Source: Acidobacteriota bacterium (lineage in GTDB: Bacteria; Acidobacteriota; Blastocatellia; Pyrinomonadales; Pyrinomonadaceae). Taken from it: a stretch of 64,000 nt of DNA. Where the stretch lies: the NCBI GenBank assembly GCA_020846885.1, contig JADLDC010000267.1, forward strand, positions 5,308 to 69,307, written 5' to 3'. The notes under the pieces are model-generated. The model made no database searches and was not told the origin of the DNA. It saw only the letters and a list, made by a program, of their open reading frames with translations. Below are positions 20,601 to 27,035 of this stretch, one piece after another (the stretch's first letter is position 1; each line of letters opens with the position of its first letter). Position numbers and translations under genes: made by a program.

Positions 20601-20971
20601 TCTTTCATCTCGCTGAAGTGATGCAGATGGCATTGCATGGATCCGATGAGATCACAAAGGAGTTAACAACAATGGCAAAAACTACGTGGGAACCAAACAC
20701 CAAACACGGCGAATTGAGCACAAAGCAAAAGAACGATCTGCCTGAGAGCGTCTTCGCGTTTCCGAAGCAGCGGAAAGAGCCGCTCACAGATGCGGAACAC
20801 GTCCAGAACGCATTGGCCCGCTTTGATCAGGTCAAGGATGTATCTGACGCCGACCGCGACATCGCTTTCGCGAACATCAAGAAAGCGGCGAAACATTACG
20901 ACGTCGAAATTGCCGAAGACGACTGGCATCAGCTTGGCAAAAAGCCGCATACAAAGAATGCGGCGCATTAG
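17672..20971 (+). CDS. YdiJ-like FAD-binding plus (Fe-S)/CCG-domain oxidoreductase (2-hydroxyacid dehydrogenase type) with a C-terminal DUF6582-like extension
   Basis: N-terminal FAD_binding_4-like region (ARGGGTGIPGQ). Cys clusters CVGAGVCRRHGGGVMCPS and CLACKGCKGECP. Two CCG-type Cys-rich repeats. ATG 17672 has an AGGAAGGA RBS, whereas the track start 17624 overlaps the upstream gene. Confidence 0.8.
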   Translation: MADNELVQIGTRTPPTRFENRLQTGTPGAMKIDVNALTTNLRNSIKGEVRFSEADRGMYASDASNYRMIPLGVVLPKDPIDVEAAVAACRASGAPIHARGGGTGIPGQTVNSGVVFDFSKYMNRVVELDAERKRARVQPGTVLDTLRDAAEKHHLTFGPDPATHSRCTLGGMIGNNSCGVHSVMAGETAENVEQLNILLYDGTRMTVGETSDEAYRRIISAGGRQAEIYERLRALRDRYADGIRRSFPKIRRRVSGYNLPALLPENNFNVARALVGSESTCILVLEATVKLVPSPPVRSLLVIGYSDIFHAADNVLVPMPFGPIALEALDDTFITDMKKKGMHPQHLNMMPDGKAWLLVEFGGDTKQEADANAQKLIDHLKQNGQHPYKLFDDPAQEKLIWYLREEGLGATAKIPGEPDNHEGWEDSSVPPENLGKYLRDLQALLDRYGYYGALYGHFGEGCVHTRLNFDLETAEGIGQFRSFLEEASDLVVGYGGSLSGEHGDGQARGELLPRMFDDEMLEAFREFKSIWDPDWKMNPGKLIDPYGVDENLRLGTAYNPERPETHFSFHTDNFNFAQAAERCVGAGVCRRHGGGVMCPSYMVTFEEKHSTRGRARLLGEMTRGETIRDGWKSEEVKEALDLCLACKGCKGECPVQVDMATYKSEFLSHYYEHKMRPRSAFTMGRIHRWARLASIAPSIANFFAQAPVFNRIARFAADVHPNRQIPKFAPESFKKWFEKRNRTETRQGSRPAGPRSVILWADTFNNYFHPRVAQAATEVLEAAGFEVMVPKQNLCCGRPLYDWGMLDDAKALLSEILNTLALEIEAGTPIVVLEPSCASVFKEELVNLFPNDENAKRLAAQVYLLSGFLEHRAADFTPPKLAKKALVQGHCHQSSIFKMDDMESVLKKMGLDYQMPESGCCGMAGAFGFERSHYDISMKCGERVLLPAVRSLEHDALIIADGFSCHEQIVQSAGREVFHLAEVMQMALHGSDEITKELTTMAKTTWEPNTKHGELSTKQKNDLPESVFAFPKQRKEPLTDAEHVQNALARFDQVKDVSDADRDIAFANIKKAAKHYDVEIAEDDWHQLGKKPHTKNAAH
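20672..20971 (+). CDS. DUF6582-like module, in frame with the oxidoreductase but carrying its own SD and ATG (possible independent or internally initiated product)
   Basis: AAGGAG lies 9 nt before ATG 20672. The peptide MAKTTWEPNTKHGELSTKQKNDLPESVFAFPKQRKEPLTDAEHVQNALARFDQV resembles stand-alone roughly 100-aa DUF6582 proteins. Confidence 0.35.
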   Translation: MAKTTWEPNTKHGELSTKQKNDLPESVFAFPKQRKEPLTDAEHVQNALARFDQVKDVSDADRDIAFANIKKAAKHYDVEIAEDDWHQLGKKPHTKNAAH

Positions 20972-20983
20972 GGCAAGGGGAAC

Positions 20984-21421
20984 ATGAGATCACAACTACT
21001 TGGGCAAACACCGGCGAATATCTACGTACTTGTCTTTGAGACGGGCGATTCGGTCATCGATGGCCTGCTTGCGTTTGCAAAGAAACAGGATATCAGAAGC
21101 GGATTCTTCTACGGAGTCGGTGCATGTCACCACGTGACGCTCGGCTTCTTTGACCATAAGCGAAAGGAATACCTCCGTACGCCGGTCGAAGAACAGGTCG
21201 AAGTAATGTCGCTGGCTGGCAACATCACGCTGTTCGAAGACGCTCCGAAGATCCATGCGCATATTGTGATCGGTAAGCAGGACTCGACCGCGCATGGCGG
21301 CCATCTTATTGAAGCGATCGTGAGCCCTACGCTTGAGGTGTTCTTTTCGACTTCGCCTGAAGTGCTGCACCGCACGCGTGACGCCGAAACGAACTTGCCA
21401 TTGATAGAACTGGGCGAATGA
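20984..21421 (+). CDS. PPC (DUF296) domain protein
   Basis: 145 aa. It has the PPC-like pattern VLVFETGDSVIDGLLAFAKKQDI ... GNITLFED ... HAHIVIG ... GGHLIEAIVSPTLEV. Confidence 0.7.
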   Translation: MRSQLLGQTPANIYVLVFETGDSVIDGLLAFAKKQDIRSGFFYGVGACHHVTLGFFDHKRKEYLRTPVEEQVEVMSLAGNITLFEDAPKIHAHIVIGKQDSTAHGGHLIEAIVSPTLEVFFSTSPEVLHRTRDAETNLPLIELGE

Positions 21422-21969
21422 ACGACGAGGCCAACTTTCCTCCGGACTGGGACTACAACCCTTCGGGGTGGTCGCAGCGGCTGCCGATCGTTGGCGTGGC
21501 GATCGTCGGATTTTTGATAGCTCTTTATCTTGCTCTTTACCAATGGCGGGTGATAGGCGACGTATGGGAACCGTTTTTTGGAAATGGCAGCCGCGTGATC
21601 TTGAACTCGGGGCTCTCGCGAATATTGCCGGTGCCGGATGCGGCCCTCGGTGCCGCGGGCTACTTGGCCGATGCTATCTCCGGCGTGATCGGCGGCCGCG
21701 GCCGCTGGCGAACAATGCCGTGGATCGTCATCGTGTTCGGCCTAATGGTCGGGCCGCTCGGCCTGGTCAGCATCATTCTCGTTATCCTGCAGCCGACGGT
21801 CTTTGGAGCATGGTGCACGCTTTGTCTCGCGTCCGCGGTGATCTCGCTCGGAATGATCTATCCGGCGATGGACGAAGTTGTTGCGAGCTTTCAATTTCTG
21901 AGACGGGTAAAGCGCGAAGGAAGATCTGTTTGGCCAGCCTTCTGGCGAGGAGCTGACGCCGAGAACTAA
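21418..21969 (+). CDS. vitamin K epoxide reductase (VKOR) family membrane protein
   Basis: Four TM helices and a CTLC redox motif in the last helix (GAWCTLCLASAVISL). The start overlaps the previous stop (ATGA). Confidence 0.7.
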   Translation: MNDEANFPPDWDYNPSGWSQRLPIVGVAIVGFLIALYLALYQWRVIGDVWEPFFGNGSRVILNSGLSRILPVPDAALGAAGYLADAISGVIGGRGRWRTMPWIVIVFGLMVGPLGLVSIILVILQPTVFGAWCTLCLASAVISLGMIYPAMDEVVASFQFLRRVKREGRSVWPAFWRGADAEN

Positions 21970-21991
21970 CAAATAATTCAGGCCGCTTTGT

Positions 21992-22804
21992 ATGGAACGG
22001 GACGAGGAAAGAATTGAAAGAAACCGCATGACGATCAAGGAGGAAAACCTTGACGCATTGGTATGCACTCTGCCGATGAACGTCCTGCTCCTTTCCGGAT
22101 ACTGGCCGGTCATCGGCACGTCAGCCGCTATATTCACGCGCGACGGAAAGATAACTTTGCTTGTGCCGGAAGATGAGCAAAGCCTCGCGGAACTCGGCTT
22201 TGCAGATGAGGTATTCACCTTTAGCACCGGCGGGCTGGATGAAATGAAGGAGTTGTACGTATCCATTTCGACGCCTCTGTCGCAGATAGCCGGCAGATCG
22301 AAGATCGCCGGGCGGGTGGGCTATGAGAGCGGCCCTGCCAGTGTACCTGTCTCATACGCTTCGATGAATGTATATGGGGCCGCGATGCCGGAGCTGCTCG
22401 AAACGGCATTCCCGAATTCGGTGCTTGTTCCCGCGGGTGCCGTTCTAACGCGGCTTCGTTCAACGCTGACGCAACAGGAGATCGTCCGCGTCACGACCGC
22501 CTGCGATATCGCCGCCGCGGCCTTCACAACCGAAGCCTCAAAGATAAGGCCAGGCCAGGCGGAGGCCGAGATCGCGAGCGCATTCCGGCGGCACCTCAGC
22601 GGCCTCGCGACGAAACGGGACGGACCTGATAGGGCGGATGGATTTATCTATTGCATGTCAGGTGAAAATTCTTACGAGGCCTTTGCGGCATTTCAGCGAA
22701 CGGGTCGGAGGCGTGTGCTGAACGGCGATCTGGTGCTGGTGCATTGCAATTCGTACCTCAACGGATTCTGGACGGACATCACACGCACGTTTTGTATCGG
22801 TGAG
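21992..22804 (+). pseudogene. M24 family Xaa-Pro peptidase/creatinase-like gene, 3'-truncated by prophage insertion
   Basis: Creatinase-like N-domain followed by the M24 core up to NGDLVLVHCNSYLNGFWTDITRTFCIGE. The rest of the catalytic domain (remaining metal ligands) is missing. The ORF then reads through unrelated phage-end DNA to a stop at 22909. Confidence 0.75.
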
Positions 22805-22813
22805 TACTGGTAT

Positions 22814-22852
22814 ACACGATATTCCGACCGTCGTGAACACGATATTGGTCGG
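22814..22852 (+). repeat. phage-end direct repeats ACACGATATT (22814-22823 and 22837-22846), 23 bp apart; candidate transposase-binding sites
   Basis: Exact 10-mer repeated within 50 bp of the host/phage junction. It is followed by CCGACC in one copy and GGTCGG in the other, which are mutually complementary. Confidence 0.45.
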
Positions 22853-22894
22853 AATTTTTGTATACTCTTGGGAATTTTGGCATCCTTTTTCTTC

Positions 22895-23686
22895 CTATTC
22901 CAGCCGTGAGAGGGTTGGAGGGGAAAGCCAGAGTGATTCGGTTCGTTTGGTGTTTCCGATCGTCATCGACTCCTTGTCAAAACACTTCCAGCCGCGGGTT
23001 TCGAACAGATCCGCATATATTTTCGACGGATAACCACTCACGATAACCGATCCTTTTAATTCATAAATGACCTCGGCGAATTGTCGGTGGTCGCCGTTGC
23101 TCATTTCGTGCGAGTAGCATTTTTTCACTGTTCGCGTCGAAAGTACGTAGGGCGGATCGAGGTAGAAAAGCGTGTTGGGAGCGTCGAGTTCCTGCATTAA
23201 CTGGAATGCGTCGCGGCTTTCAATTTGTACGGTCAGGAAGCGGGCCGAGGCCTCAAAGAGGTTTTCGGGTTTAATATCTTTAACGACTGATCGTCTGCCG
23301 TTGGTGTGGCGGCGGAAGTTTCCTTTGCAGGGTGACATACTTCCCTGGTAACTCATCCAGAGACGGCAGAATAGACGGCGAGCTCGTTCAAGCGGTTCAG
23401 TGGATGGGTCAAGGCAGGCAACGAATTCATCACGCTCCCATGGGGTGAGTTTTATTTTCTCGACCAACTCCGCTGGCCGATCGCGGAGTATGCGAAAGAA
23501 ATTAACTAGATCGCCGTTGAGGTCGTTATATGTTTCAAGCCGAGACGGTTCCTTTACAAGAAGGACGTTTGCGGCACCGCCGAAAGGTTCAACGTAGTGG
23601 CGGTGGGCCGGGAAGTGTTCGATGATCCAGTTAGCCAAACGGAATTTACTCCCGTAATACTTCAAGACAGGGTGTTTTACAGACAT
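22895..23686 (-). CDS. dam: DNA adenine methyltransferase (Dam / D12 class N6-MTase)
   Basis: Motifs LKYYGSKFRLANWI, EPFGGAANV and YLDPPY. It is the last gene of the leftward operon at the prophage end. Confidence 0.9.
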   Translation of the reverse strand: MSVKHPVLKYYGSKFRLANWIIEHFPAHRHYVEPFGGAANVLLVKEPSRLETYNDLNGDLVNFFRILRDRPAELVEKIKLTPWERDEFVACLDPSTEPLERARRLFCRLWMSYQGSMSPCKGNFRRHTNGRRSVVKDIKPENLFEASARFLTVQIESRDAFQLMQELDAPNTLFYLDPPYVLSTRTVKKCYSHEMSNGDHRQFAEVIYELKGSVIVSGYPSKIYADLFETRGWKCFDKESMTIGNTKRTESLWLSPPTLSRLE

Positions 23687-23855
23687 TTTATTTATTACTG
23701 CTTGAGAGACGACTGGACTGCGATTTGCACCTTACCAAGTTTTCAAAGATCAAAACAATCGTCCGGATGAGAGTATATTGCTCTCACGCGTGAGATTACC
23801 GCCGCCGACAGTATTCCCTATATTTCTGGGGATGATAACACCCAGAGTACGTCGG

Positions 23856-24050
23856 ATGGCCGCGAAACGCGGGATCGTGAATGCCTACCAACTTCAAAAG
23901 ATCATGGATATCCCGATCGGCCACGCGTACCGGCTTTGGGACGAGGATTAGAAGCAGATCAAACTATCCACGCTTGACCGATTGTGCAAGGCTCTTAGTT
24001 GCCGTCCGGGCGATTTGCTCGAATTCTCGCATGATGCAGTCGAAGAATGA
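23856..24050 (+). pseudogene. XRE-family HTH gene interrupted by an in-frame TAG (23949-23951)
   Basis: Translation is MAAKRGIVNAYQLQKIMDIPIGHAYRLWDED*KQIKLSTLDRLCKALSCRPGDLLEFSHDAVEE. The second half is the classic C-terminal half of short Cro/CI-type HTH proteins (TLDRLCKAL.C.PGDLLE). Confidence 0.55.
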
Positions 24051-24069
24051 TCTATTTTGGTCGGGGTCC

Positions 24070-24312
24070 TTAAGGTATTTCGCTATGTTCGGAACAGAAA
24101 TCGACATCCGGTGTCTCACCTTTCGTAGAATGCCGCGAACAAATCGGACGATCGCAGGTTCTTATAGGTTTCCCGTCATTCGAGCGGTTTAACACAAAAT
24201 CACACAAGCGATTACCGACCCCTTTGCATTGCCAGCATTTCTGGCGGCGATGACCGCTTGAGCAAACGACGGCGACCATCTCATCATCGAATTCTATTAA
24301 GGTACAACGCAT
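24070..24312 (-). CDS. small Cys-rich (zinc-binding-like) phage protein
   Basis: 80 aa. GGAGG lies 7 nt upstream of the ATG. Multiple Cys pairs (CWQC, CDRPIC, C..H). Confidence 0.55.
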   Translation of the reverse strand: MRCTLIEFDDEMVAVVCSSGHRRQKCWQCKGVGNRLCDFVLNRSNDGKPIRTCDRPICSRHSTKGETPDVDFCSEHSEIP

Positions 24313-24354
24313 TTTCCCACCTCCGGCCAGGTGACGGTTCCATTAAGTTGATAT

Positions 24355-24972
24355 TTAGGCATTGGTTGCGGCCTCCTTATTTTGCGTCAGGTTGTAGAAG
24401 ACCATGAGGAAAACGGTTTCGGCACCTGATGGTCCCCACGGAGAGATATCGAACCGCAAGTTGGATTTATTGAGCGGCATTTGCCAGTCCGCGTGGGTAG
24501 GGTGCATAAGCGCCGGCGACGCCGCCTCGTGATAGATCATTTCGTGGTCGAAAAGCTCGATCAGCTTCTGCTGTACGTCGGTAAGGCTGATGTTGAATTT
24601 TTGGAGGATCATGCTTTGGAGCTGATCTTCGGCTTCGCGGTAGAACGCGAACTGGGGAAGATGTTTGAGCGGCCGCGGCAGATCGGAGAGATAAGCTTCG
24701 GATGCATCGTGTAGTAGTGCTGCTAGCCGCATGTGTCGCGAGTTGAAAAACTTCTGCGACAGGATCACGCAGTGCTGTGCGACAGAATAGAACTGTTTCG
24801 TATGGCCGTTATAGCGGCAGAGCATCGCCAAGCTGTGAGCTATGTCCTCAATGCAGATCTGATCAGGGTCGGGTTCGAGCGGGTAGAATTTCTTACCGGT
24901 GTAGGTTTGTATCCAGTCGGTTTTTTTTGTTTCAGTCTGCTGTTTATTTAGTTTGGTATTTACACGGATCAT
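24355..24972 (-). CDS. HD-domain phosphohydrolase (YfbR-like 5'-deoxynucleotidase type)
   Basis: The motifs IAHSLAMLCRYNGH, VAQHCVIL and LLHDASEAYLSDLP fit the H...HD...D pattern. Confidence 0.75.
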   Translation of the reverse strand: MIRVNTKLNKQQTETKKTDWIQTYTGKKFYPLEPDPDQICIEDIAHSLAMLCRYNGHTKQFYSVAQHCVILSQKFFNSRHMRLAALLHDASEAYLSDLPRPLKHLPQFAFYREAEDQLQSMILQKFNISLTDVQQKLIELFDHEMIYHEAASPALMHPTHADWQMPLNKSNLRFDISPWGPSGAETVFLMVFYNLTQNKEAATNA

Positions 24973-25333
24973 TTATTCGAACTCCTTTTTTATTTGAGAT
25001 TTGAGATTTGAGACGGCTTAATGCTTCTGCTTCGGGGACTTCGATAATGCCGGGTTCGTCTGCGAAATGATGGGCGACGACGGACGGGACGGCTGTGACG
25101 TATTGTGTGGACAGAGTCCGCTGAAGCGTGAACGTGATCGTGGTTTGCCCGGTAACGACCGGTATCGTTACTTGAAGAGTTACCTTGTAAAGATGTAATT
25201 TTGGAAAGCGAGCCGGGTCGGCCATGAAATAGCGGTAGCCCTCTGAGCGGAGCCAGTCTCTACAGAATTTCGTGGTGGCACGGGACAGTTTGGCTTTTTG
25301 TGTTTTGGTGAGTTTTGTATTTACGTGAATCAT
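24944..25333 (-). CDS. hypothetical early protein
   Basis: ATG 25333 with GGAG 8 nt upstream. The N-terminus MIHVNTKL is duplicated in the next gene (MIRVNTKL). Confidence 0.5.
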   Translation of the reverse strand: MIHVNTKLTKTQKAKLSRATTKFCRDWLRSEGYRYFMADPARFPKLHLYKVTLQVTIPVVTGQTTITFTLQRTLSTQYVTAVPSVVAHHFADEPGIIEVPEAEALSRLKSQISNKKGVRINDPCKYQTK

Positions 25334-25387
25334 TATTACCACTCCTTTTTTTTATTTCAGATTTGAGATTTGATATTTCAGAGAGAT

Positions 25388-26539
25388 TCAGCTTCGGCCT
25401 CCTGCTACGCTTTTTAGTTTTCGGGTTTCGGGTTCGGTGTCTTTTTCGAGGAAGCGGGCGAGGACGCGGGGTTCGCCTTTTTTGTAGGCTTCGATCAGGC
25501 CGCGGTTGGCGAGGTTGCCGATCGCGAGCGGGGAGCCGGATTGTGCGGCGATGATGCGGACGGCGGCGGGTTCGAAAAGAGCGTCGGCGTCGCCGCCGGC
25601 AAGGCGGACTCGGTGTGCGATGTAATCGGCGGCGTATTTGGCCATTGACGGCATGTTGAGGACCTGGACGCGTTCGGCGATCTCGCGGAATTCGATATTT
25701 TCGAGTTTCTCGGCCTTGAACCGCGGCTGGCCGAAACAGATAACCGAAAGGAACCGCTCGTAACCGCCGGTGCCCATTTCGAGAAAGTTTTTGAGCGCGG
25801 TTAGCGTATTGTTCGAAAGGCGGTGGACCTCGTCGATGAATAGCGAAATGCGCTGGCCGTTGTCGGTCAGGTTCTGGAGATGGCGTTCAAGCTGGACCTG
25901 TGCGAGCGGGAGACGGATGCGGCCTTTCTGGCCGAAATATTCGAGCATAAAATGGACGATGCCGGCGGCATTTAGCTTTCCCATTTCGACGAATTTTGGA
26001 AAGATCAGATGCGTCTTACCCTCGGTGCGAAGCCGGTCGGCGATACGTGCCTTGAGCGTTGATTTACCGCACCCGATATCACCGAGGACGCAGATGAAGT
26101 CTTGGTGTTTGACGGCCATTTCGACGATGCGGACGATGCGGTCGAGTTCCTTTGTTGTGAGTACCTCGGCGGCATTTCGGGGGTCGGTTGCGGCCGCGAA
26201 CGGGTCGCGGTCGAGATTGAAAAACTCGATCATTTCAGGGTCGAGCTTTGAGCGTTCGGTCATCATAGGTTCATAGGCCTCCTCAAAAATTTGTTCCAGG
26301 ACACGGTTGATCTCGTGGACAGGTTTGCCGCGGTCCTCTAAAAAGCGTTGGCAGTATCGGATGACGTGCGGGCCGATCTTCTTCCACTGTGTCGGGCTGA
26401 TGCCGTCGCCGAAATTCGGTTTGGTGAGCCGGTGGATAGTGGACGTACTGATCAGCCCGGACGGGTGGCAATAATGCTCGAACTCGCGGACGGATGTCGC
26501 GTTGTCGGCGAGAAATTGTTTGAATGCGTCATGGTTCAT
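25388..26539 (-). CDS. MuB/TniB-like AAA+ ATPase, transposition target-capture protein
   Basis: Walker A GDIGCGKST and Walker B LFIDEVH. It has an N-terminal HTH-like region and lies downstream of the DDE transposase, as in Mu A-B. Confidence 0.8.
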   Translation of the reverse strand: MNHDAFKQFLADNATSVREFEHYCHPSGLISTSTIHRLTKPNFGDGISPTQWKKIGPHVIRYCQRFLEDRGKPVHEINRVLEQIFEEAYEPMMTERSKLDPEMIEFFNLDRDPFAAATDPRNAAEVLTTKELDRIVRIVEMAVKHQDFICVLGDIGCGKSTLKARIADRLRTEGKTHLIFPKFVEMGKLNAAGIVHFMLEYFGQKGRIRLPLAQVQLERHLQNLTDNGQRISLFIDEVHRLSNNTLTALKNFLEMGTGGYERFLSVICFGQPRFKAEKLENIEFREIAERVQVLNMPSMAKYAADYIAHRVRLAGGDADALFEPAAVRIIAAQSGSPLAIGNLANRGLIEAYKKGEPRVLARFLEKDTEPETRKLKSVAGGRS

Positions 26540-26841
26540 AGGTCTTTCCGCCGCGCTGATCGAAACTGTTTAAATTCTTCAATGATCTGCCGCCAATTGT
26601 CCTTTTCGTCTTGAGAGGTTCCGACAATATCGCGAGTGATCCACTGAAATACGAAAGCATCCGACTCGGCCGCTTCGGCGGCTTCGAGGATCCCAAGAGC
26701 GTGTTCACGGGCTTCTCGCAGCCCCAGTTGAGCCGAGAGATCACCCCAATCAATCTGAACCAAGGGCTCAAAAGTTCGACCTGAAACAATGGATGTGACC
26801 GAGATCATCCCCTCAGCTTCCTTTCGATTTGCTATTCCCAT
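26536..26841 (-). CDS. hypothetical early protein
   Basis: 101-aa ORF with AAGGA upstream. Its stop overlaps the MuB-like start (ATGA). Confidence 0.5.
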   Translation of the reverse strand: MGIANRKEAEGMISVTSIVSGRTFEPLVQIDWGDLSAQLGLREAREHALGILEAAEAAESDAFVFQWITRDIVGTSQDEKDNWRQIIEEFKQFRSARRKDL

Positions 26842-26846
26842 TACAT

Positions 26847-27023
26847 TTATCCTTCGAGCTGTGCGATCAGCTCTTCGATGTCGTCCTCGTGCCAGAAACC
26901 TTTGATCGACCGGGCGAGTTGAAGCACGTCATGCTCGTCGATCAGTGATTCGAAAAGTTCAACGTTTTCCTCGGCGGTCAGAAGGCCGCGAATTTCATTT
27001 ATGCGTTCCAGATTTTTGCTCAT
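26847..27023 (-). CDS. hypothetical small acidic protein (58 aa)
   Basis: Below the track cutoff. AAAGGAG lies 7 nt before ATG 27023. Translation is MSKNLERINEIRGLLTAEENVELFESLIDEHDVLQLARSIKGFWHEDDIEELIAQLEG. Confidence 0.45.
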   Translation of the reverse strand: MSKNLERINEIRGLLTAEENVELFESLIDEHDVLQLARSIKGFWHEDDIEELIAQLEG

Positions 27024-27035
27024 GAATTACTCCTT

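Noticed and set aside
22805-22909. C-terminal 34 aa of the M24 ORF (YWYTRYSDRREHDIGRNFCILLGILASFFFLFQP)
   Set aside because: It is not M24-like and coincides with the phage-end repeats. It is interpreted as fortuitous read-through into inserted DNA, not as a genuine C-terminus.
22801-23000. tRNA or tmRNA gene as integration target, and a site-specific integrase
   Set aside because: I found no tRNA-like sequence (acceptor/T-arm GTTCGAATC-type motifs) near the junction, and no tyrosine or serine recombinase in the 41 kb of prophage visible. The DDE transposase plus MuB-like pair argues for transposition.
23949-23951. TAG stop-codon reassignment in the phage
   Set aside because: The neighbouring dam gene ends with TAG at 22895-22897, where the protein is complete. 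I saw no other in-frame TAGs in well-supported phage genes. A single interrupted gene is better explained as a pseudogene or a sequencing error.
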